Assembly: GCA_902496115.1 (NCBI GenBank)
Contig: CABUZK010000007.1
Coordinates: forward strand, 2,256 to 66,255
DNA from: an uncultured Collinsella sp.
GTDB lineage: Bacteria; Actinomycetota; Coriobacteriia; Coriobacteriales; Coriobacteriaceae
Direction: 5' to 3'
Length of the DNA stretch: 64,000 nt
In this document: piece after piece, positions 58,831 to 64,000 of the stretch
Layout: every line of letters begins with the position of its first letter
Numbering within the stretch: position 1 is the stretch's first letter
Position numbers and translations under genes: made by a program
The notes under the pieces: model-generated
Database searches by the model: none
Told to the model about the DNA's origin: nothing
Seen by the model: only the letters and a program-made list of their open reading frames with translations

Positions 58831-60012
58831 ATGCTATTTGTAAATCGGCTGGTACATACGCTTGTTCCCGGCAGCGAGAGCGAGCCGGTCGATGCATCTT
58901 GCCGCACCAACGCGGGCTTTTCCGCAAGCCTCGTCTGCATTGGCCTCAACATCACCCTGTGCCTGGCCAAGGGCATCGCGGGCCTGCTCGCCGGCTCCGT
59001 CTCCCTCATCGCCGACGCTTTCAACAACCTCTCCGATGCCTCGAGCAACATCGTGAGTCTGCTCGGGTTCCGCCTTGCCAGCCGCCCGGCAGACGAAGGC
59101 CACCCCTATGGCCACGGTCGCTATGAGTACCTAGCCGGCCTGTTCGTCGCCGTCCTGGTTTGCGCCGTCGGCATCAATCTGATCCTCGAGTCGGTCACTA
59201 AGATCATCAAGCCTTCCCCCACCGTGTATTCGGCGCTCTCCATGGCCGCCCTTGTTCTGTCCATGCTCGTTAAGCTCTGGATGGCAGCGTTCAACCGCAC
59301 GCTGGGCGATCGCATCGACTCGGAGACGCTCATCGCCACGGCACAGGACTCCAAAAACGACGTCATCACCTCGGGCTCGGTCTTGGTGGCGGCGCTTATT
59401 TCGCAGACGACCGGCTTTGACCTCGATGGCTGGGCAGGCCTGGGTGTGGGCATCTTTATCTGCATCAGCGGCATGGGCCTAGTGCGTGACGCCATCAGCC
59501 CGTTGCTGGGGCAAGCGCCCGACCCCAAGCTCGTCCAGGCAATCCGCGACAAGATCATGTCCTATCCGCAGGTCTTGGGCACACACGACCTGATGGTGCA
59601 CGACTACGGCCCCGGTCGTCAGTTTGCCAGCGCCCACGTGGAGATGCCCGGCGAGGGCGACGCGTTTGAGCACCACGAGATCCTGGACACCATCGAGCAC
59701 GACATCAAGCGCCAGATGGGCATTGGAATCACGCTGCACTGCGACCCCATCGCGACAACCGGCGACGACCTGCGCGGCTGGGTCAAGCGCGGCGTCATGC
59801 AGATCGATCCCGCGCTCTCCATCCACGACCTGCACGAGCACGACGGGTTCGTTTCGTTTGACCTTGTGCGTCCCGACGGCTTTGACATATCCGACGAGGA
59901 GCTGCTGGAGCTCGTCACGCGCATCGTGCATGAGCGCCGGCCCGACGTCTCATGCGTCGTCACGTTTGATTCGGGCTTTAGCTCGCCCGACCGTCCGGCC
60001 GAGCAGCTGTAG
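58831..60012 (+). CDS. Cation diffusion facilitator (CDF) family transporter
   Basis: SLIADAFNNLSDA, six TM segments and a C-terminal cytoplasmic domain. ATG at 58831 lies 9 nt after GAGGA. Confidence 0.85.
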   Translation: MLFVNRLVHTLVPGSESEPVDASCRTNAGFSASLVCIGLNITLCLAKGIAGLLAGSVSLIADAFNNLSDASSNIVSLLGFRLASRPADEGHPYGHGRYEYLAGLFVAVLVCAVGINLILESVTKIIKPSPTVYSALSMAALVLSMLVKLWMAAFNRTLGDRIDSETLIATAQDSKNDVITSGSVLVAALISQTTGFDLDGWAGLGVGIFICISGMGLVRDAISPLLGQAPDPKLVQAIRDKIMSYPQVLGTHDLMVHDYGPGRQFASAHVEMPGEGDAFEHHEILDTIEHDIKRQMGIGITLHCDPIATTGDDLRGWVKRGVMQIDPALSIHDLHEHDGFVSFDLVRPDGFDISDEELLELVTRIVHERRPDVSCVVTFDSGFSSPDRPAEQL

Positions 60013-60024
60013 CCCACTTAACAG

Positions 60025-61014
60025 CTAGTTTCCCTGCGCGCCCGAGATGCCGTTTTGCAGGGCGTTCCAGGCATCCGTCGCCATGTCGCCCAAGTTCTGC
60101 GCGGTGTCGCCCAGGTTCTGGGCCGTATCGCCCAGCTCTTGCGCCTTGTCTCCCAACTCCTGCGCCTTGTTGCTCAAGTCCTCCAGCGTATTGGAGCTCG
60201 AACTGTCGGTACCGCTTTGGCCGTCGGACGACTTGCCCGAGCTGTTCTTGTGCGTGAGTTGAATTTCGAGGTTGCCGTTGTCGTTATAGTAGGCAGAAGT
60301 AACGACCCAGTTGGCATCGACGACGGGCGTTGAGCCATCATCAGTCAGGACCACGGCATTCGAAAGATCGGCGCCGCGCGACTTGAGGATCTTCTTGGCG
60401 TTGGACCAGTACTGCCCCGGGATATCGCTCAAATCGACGGTGCCAGACGAGGCGGACTCGGTTTGCTCGGCAGCGGTATCGGCCGTTGAGCTTCCTCGCT
60501 TGTTGAGCATGCCCGACACGATGGCAAACACAACCGACAGCGCAAAGAAGATCGCCAGTACGATGAGAATCTTCTTGATCACGCTCGACGAACGCGACGG
60601 CGTCTCTTCCTCGTCCTCACCATACTGCGGGATCGATTTGGGATACTCGCGATACGGCTGGCGCGACTCGTAGCGAGGCTGCGCCGTGCGAGGCATATAC
60701 GTCGTCTGCTGAGGCTGCGGAATGGGATTTTGCGGCAGGCCATCATAGGGATTCGGCGTCGAGGCAGCATAAGAATCCTGCGGCGCGTAATCAAACGGAT
60801 CCGGAGCTGCGTTGCCATAGGGGCCTTGCGAAGATGCAGCGTAAGAATCCTGCGCCGTGTCGCCATAGCCCATAACCCGGGTGGGCTCGGCAGAAGGCTG
60901 CGTCGCGGCGGGATCGGTATAACCGGGGTTGGGAACAACGCGGGTCGCATCGGCGCTATCGCCAGCCTGCGCGGAACCGTAGCCGCGCATCACGGTTGTC
61001 TTGTCCTGATCCAT
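60025..61014 (-). CDS. Pro/Tyr/Gln-rich membrane protein with an extracellular C-terminal domain and heptad repeats
   Basis: 329 aa, one TM segment (ILIVLAIFFALSVVFAIVSG). The C-terminus carries (AQ[EN]LGD[KT]) x5. Confidence 0.65.
   Translation of the reverse strand: MDQDKTTVMRGYGSAQAGDSADATRVVPNPGYTDPAATQPSAEPTRVMGYGDTAQDSYAASSQGPYGNAAPDPFDYAPQDSYAASTPNPYDGLPQNPIPQPQQTTYMPRTAQPRYESRQPYREYPKSIPQYGEDEEETPSRSSSVIKKILIVLAIFFALSVVFAIVSGMLNKRGSSTADTAAEQTESASSGTVDLSDIPGQYWSNAKKILKSRGADLSNAVVLTDDGSTPVVDANWVVTSAYYNDNGNLEIQLTHKNSSGKSSDGQSGTDSSSSNTLEDLSNKAQELGDKAQELGDTAQNLGDTAQNLGDMATDAWNALQNGISGAQGN
60085..60189. repeat. Five imperfect 21-bp tandem repeats inside the CDS
   Basis: GTCGCCCAAGTTCTGCGCGGT / GTCGCCCAGGTTCTGGGCCGT / ATCGCCCAGCTCTTGCGCCTT / GTCTCCCAACTCCTGCGCCTT / GTTGCTCAAGTCCTCCAGCGT. 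Confidence 0.7.
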
Positions 61015-61132
61015 GCAACGATTCCTTTCCGTCGCGCGTGAGCCTCAAGTTATCCATGCATTCTACCCGCGCAAAAACCTATGATGGGCAGAGTCCGTCG
61101 GTATCTACAAGACATGCGCGGGTCTAAGGATC

Positions 61133-61168
61133 AAAAAGCCCCGCCGTGCCTTGTGGGCGCGGCGGGGC
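61133..61168 (-). terminator. Rho-independent terminator of fhs
   Basis: Minus strand: GCCCCGCCG-loop-CGGCGGGGC followed by TTTTT. Confidence 0.8.
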
Positions 61169-61193
61169 GGGCAAGCGGCTATGAGCAGTGAGC

Positions 61194-62861
61194 TTAGAAC
61201 AGGCCGGTGATGTTGCCGTCGTTGTCGACGTCGATGTTCTCTGCCGCGGGCACCTTGGGCAGACCCGGCATGGTCAGAACGCTGCCAGTCAGCGCGACCA
61301 CAAAGTGGGCACCGGCGGAAACCTTGAGCTCACGCACGGTGATGCGGAAGTTCTCGGGAGCGCCCAGGGCCTTGGCGTTGTCGCTAAAGCTGTACTGCGT
61401 CTTGGCGACGCACACCGGCAGGTTGCCAAAGCCGTTCTCGCGCAGCTCGGCGAGCTGACGCTTGGCAGCCGGCGTAAAGTCGACGCCGTCGGCACGGTAA
61501 ACCTTGGTGGCGACGGCCTCGAGGGCATCGGCAACATCGGCGCCGTCCTCGTAGGCAAACTTGAGCTCGCTCGGCTGCTCAATCAGACGCATGACCTCAT
61601 CGGCCAGGTCGAGCGCGCCCTCGCCGCCCTTGGCCCAGACCTCGGAAAGCTTAACGTTGACGCCGAGCTTCTGACACTCGGACTCGATAAGCTCGAGCTC
61701 GGCCTCGGTGTCCGTCGGGAAGCGGTTGATGGCGACCACACAAGGCAGACCGTAGACATTCTGGATGTTATCGACGTGACGCAGCAGGTTGGGCATGCCG
61801 GCCTTGAGTGCCTCGAGGTTCTCCTCGTTGAGGTCGGCCTTGGCGACGCCACCGTTGTACTTCAGCGCACGAGCGGTCGCGACGACCACGACGGCGCTGG
61901 GGCGAACGCCCGTCATGCGGCACTTGATGTCGAGGAACTTCTCGGCACCCAGATCGGCGCCGAAGCCGGCCTCGGTAATGGCGACATCGCCAAAACGCAT
62001 AGCCATACGCGTGGCCATGATGGAGTTGCAGCCGTGGGCGATATTTGCGAAGGGACCGCCGTGGACAAACGCGGGCGTACCCTCGAGCGTCTGCACCAGA
62101 TTGGGCTTGAGCGCATCCTTGAGTAGTGCGGCCATAGCCCCCTGGGCCTTAAGGTCGCGTGCGCGGACGGGCTCGCCGGCAAAGCTGTAGCCGACGACAA
62201 TCTCACCCAAGCGTTCCTTGAGGTCGCTGATGCTCGTAGACAGGCACAGGATTGCCATGACCTCGGAGGCGACGGTGATATCGAAGCCATCCTCGCGCGG
62301 CACGCCCTGGGCCTTACCGCCAATGCCGTCGATGACGTGGCGCAGCTGACGGTCGTTCATATCGACGACGCGCTTCCAAGTGATGCGCTTAACGTCAATA
62401 CCGAGCTGGTTGCCCTGCTGGATGTGGTTATCAAGCATGGCGGCCAGCAGGTTGTTGGCAGCACCGATAGCGTGGAAGTCGCCGGTAAAGTGCAGGTTGA
62501 TGTCCTCCATGGGGATCACCTGAGCCCAGCCGCCACCGGCAGCACCGCCCTTAACGCCAAAGACAGGGCCGAGCGAAGGCTCGCGCAGGGCCACGGCGCT
62601 CTTGACGCCGCGGCGACGCAGGCCATCGGCCAGACCGATGGTCGTGGTGGTCTTGCCCTCGCCCGCAGGCGTTGGGTTGATAGCGGTCACGAGGACGAGC
62701 TTGGCCTGGTGATCAGTCGGCTCGTTGAGCAGTGAATAGTCGACCTTAGCCTTGTCGAAGCCGTACGGAATAAGGTGCTTAACGTCGACGCCGGCGTTCT
62801 TGGCCACCTCGGTAATAGGCAGTGGCGTGACAGAACGTGCGATTTCGATGTCAGTAGGCAT
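61194..62861 (-). CDS. fhs: Formate--tetrahydrofolate ligase
   Basis: ATG at 62861. [11 protein letters not shown]..., [14 protein letters not shown]. Confidence 0.93.
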   Translation of the reverse strand: MPTDIEIARSVTPLPITEVAKNAGVDVKHLIPYGFDKAKVDYSLLNEPTDHQAKLVLVTAINPTPAGEGKTTTTIGLADGLRRRGVKSAVALREPSLGPVFGVKGGAAGGGWAQVIPMEDINLHFTGDFHAIGAANNLLAAMLDNHIQQGNQLGIDVKRITWKRVVDMNDRQLRHVIDGIGGKAQGVPREDGFDITVASEVMAILCLSTSISDLKERLGEIVVGYSFAGEPVRARDLKAQGAMAALLKDALKPNLVQTLEGTPAFVHGGPFANIAHGCNSIMATRMAMRFGDVAITEAGFGADLGAEKFLDIKCRMTGVRPSAVVVVATARALKYNGGVAKADLNEENLEALKAGMPNLLRHVDNIQNVYGLPCVVAINRFPTDTEAELELIESECQKLGVNVKLSEVWAKGGEGALDLADEVMRLIEQPSELKFAYEDGADVADALEAVATKVYRADGVDFTPAAKRQLAELRENGFGNLPVCVAKTQYSFSDNAKALGAPENFRITVRELKVSAGAHFVVALTGSVLTMPGLPKVPAAENIDVDNDGNITGLF

Positions 62862-63005
62862 GGGCGGTCCTTTCGTTACCGAATGAGAAAAAGACCAATT
62901 CAGCATAGCACGGGCGCGCAATAGTAAAACGCCCATAACCGATGAATGGCGATATGTTTACCCGATGCCCAGCGATAGCCCAACAGCCCGCCAAAACAAA
63001 GCGCC

Positions 63006-63992
63006 CTAAACGGTAGGTTCAATCCCCAGGTGCTCAAAGGTGCGAAGGGTTGCCTGACGGCCCTGCGGCGTACGAATCATCAACCCGCATTGCAGCAAAT
63101 AGGGCTCATAGACATCCTCGAGCGTGCCCGGGTCCTCGCCCACCGCGCTGGCAAGGGTCGTAAGTCCCACGGCACGACCGGAGAACGTCTTGGCGAGCGT
63201 CTCCAAAATGCGAATATCCATCCAGTCCAGACCGAGCTCGTCGATCTCGAAGAACTCGAGTGCCTGACGGCAGATATCGAGCTCAATGGGACCGTTGCCG
63301 CGCACCTGCGCATAGTCGCGCACGCGCTTGAGCAGGCGGTTGGCAAGACGTGGCGTGCCGCGCGAACGCGAGCCGATCTCGAGTGCACTGGGGTGGTCGA
63401 TCGTCACGCCCAGGATAGTCGCCGAGCGCGTCACAATCTGCGCGAGCTCCTCGACCGTGTAGTAATCCAGGCGATATGAAATGCCAAAGCGGTCGCGCAA
63501 CGGGCCTGTCAACATGCCTGAGCGGGTCGTTGCCGCTACCAACGTAAACTTGGGAATATCCAGGCGAATCGAGCGCGCCGCCGGACCCTTGCCAATCACG
63601 ATATCGAGGGCAAAGTCCTCCATCGCGGGGTACAGGACCTCCTCGACCGAACGGTTGAGGCGGTGGATCTCGTCGATAAACAGCACATCACCCGGCTGCA
63701 AGTTAGTAAGGATGGCCGCCAGGTCGCCCGTGCGCGCGATGGCAGGGCCACTCGTGGTCTTGATCTGAGCGCCCAGCTCGTTGGCGATAACGGTGGCCAG
63801 CGTGGTCTTGCCCAGACCCGGAGGACCCGAGAAGATCACGTGGTCGAGCGTCTCGCCACGGCTCTGTGCCGCTTCGATCAACACGCGCAGGCTCTGCTTG
63901 ATGTGCTCCTGGCCACAGTAGTCGTCCAGGCGCTGGGGGCGCAAAGTGCGGTCGACATCGAGGTCCTCGGCCGTCAGCTCCGAGCCCACCAT
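63006..63992 (-). CDS. ruvB: Holliday junction branch-migration helicase RuvB
   Basis: [27 protein letters not shown] and DEIHRL. The start at 63992 lies 8 nt from the window edge, so it is not verifiable. Confidence 0.9.
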   Translation of the reverse strand: MVGSELTAEDLDVDRTLRPQRLDDYCGQEHIKQSLRVLIEAAQSRGETLDHVIFSGPPGLGKTTLATVIANELGAQIKTTSGPAIARTGDLAAILTNLQPGDVLFIDEIHRLNRSVEEVLYPAMEDFALDIVIGKGPAARSIRLDIPKFTLVAATTRSGMLTGPLRDRFGISYRLDYYTVEELAQIVTRSATILGVTIDHPSALEIGSRSRGTPRLANRLLKRVRDYAQVRGNGPIELDICRQALEFFEIDELGLDWMDIRILETLAKTFSGRAVGLTTLASAVGEDPGTLEDVYEPYLLQCGLMIRTPQGRQATLRTFEHLGIEPTV

Positions 63993-64000
63993 GCGCTCGC

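Noticed and set aside
62862-63005. ZTP, THF or T-box riboswitches upstream of fhs, the folD operon (37445-37600) and metG (13840-13971).
   Set aside because: I read these leaders on the coding strand. The conserved cores of the pfl/ZTP, THF and T-box motifs are not present, and the metG leader is too short for a T-box.

Overview
This is a 64-kb segment of a high-G+C Gram-positive (Actinomycetota) chromosome. Gene content (class-3 FBPase, C69 dipeptidase, two DegV genes, QueH, an LAxTG-like sorting signal) makes a Coriobacteriia/Collinsella-like gut anaerobe my best guess; this is inference only. The backbone is housekeeping: queuosine genes tgt/queA/queH, metG, an RsmB-type RNA methyltransferase, fbp, a folD plus cyclohydrolase-like pair, fhs, ruvB, an ABC1 kinase, a C69 dipeptidase and a CDF transporter. 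Three stretches that look lower in G+C (by eye, not computed) interrupt it. (i) 1.14-5.5 kb is an islet bounded by 71-bp direct hairpin repeats. It carries a MITE-like element and a 994-aa archaeo-eukaryotic-primase (AEP)/DEAH-helicase fusion, and a YafQ-DinJ toxin-antitoxin pair lies immediately outside repeat B. (ii) 37.8-42.0 kb holds tandem lipoprotein paralogs and a Tat-exported, probably wall-anchored PI-PLC. (iii) 42.0-57.2 kb is a defence island. It contains two paralogous 89-aa genes, a DUF1016 PDDEXK nuclease / ADP-ribosylglycohydrolase / 73-aa operon, an orphan HicB, and a decayed two-repeat type I-E CRISPR remnant. It also contains a methyltransferase-TRD fusion and an unknown 179-aa gene joined to a type I R-M operon whose hsdS is a recombinase-driven shufflon. 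The non-coding highlights are a cobalamin riboswitch ahead of a 2,386-aa surface protein with three DUF4430-like modules, a ~175-nt structured element present twice with a fully covarying 15-16-bp stem, and a family of gene-terminal ~70-nt hairpins. I saw no rRNA or tRNA genes. Many long ORFs in the track are antisense shadows typical of high-G+C DNA and are not called. My candidates for an undescribed system, in order: the riboswitch-controlled DUF4430/beta-propeller surface protein, the AEP-helicase islet, and the nuclease-ARH and MTase-TRD/179-aa modules in the defence island.
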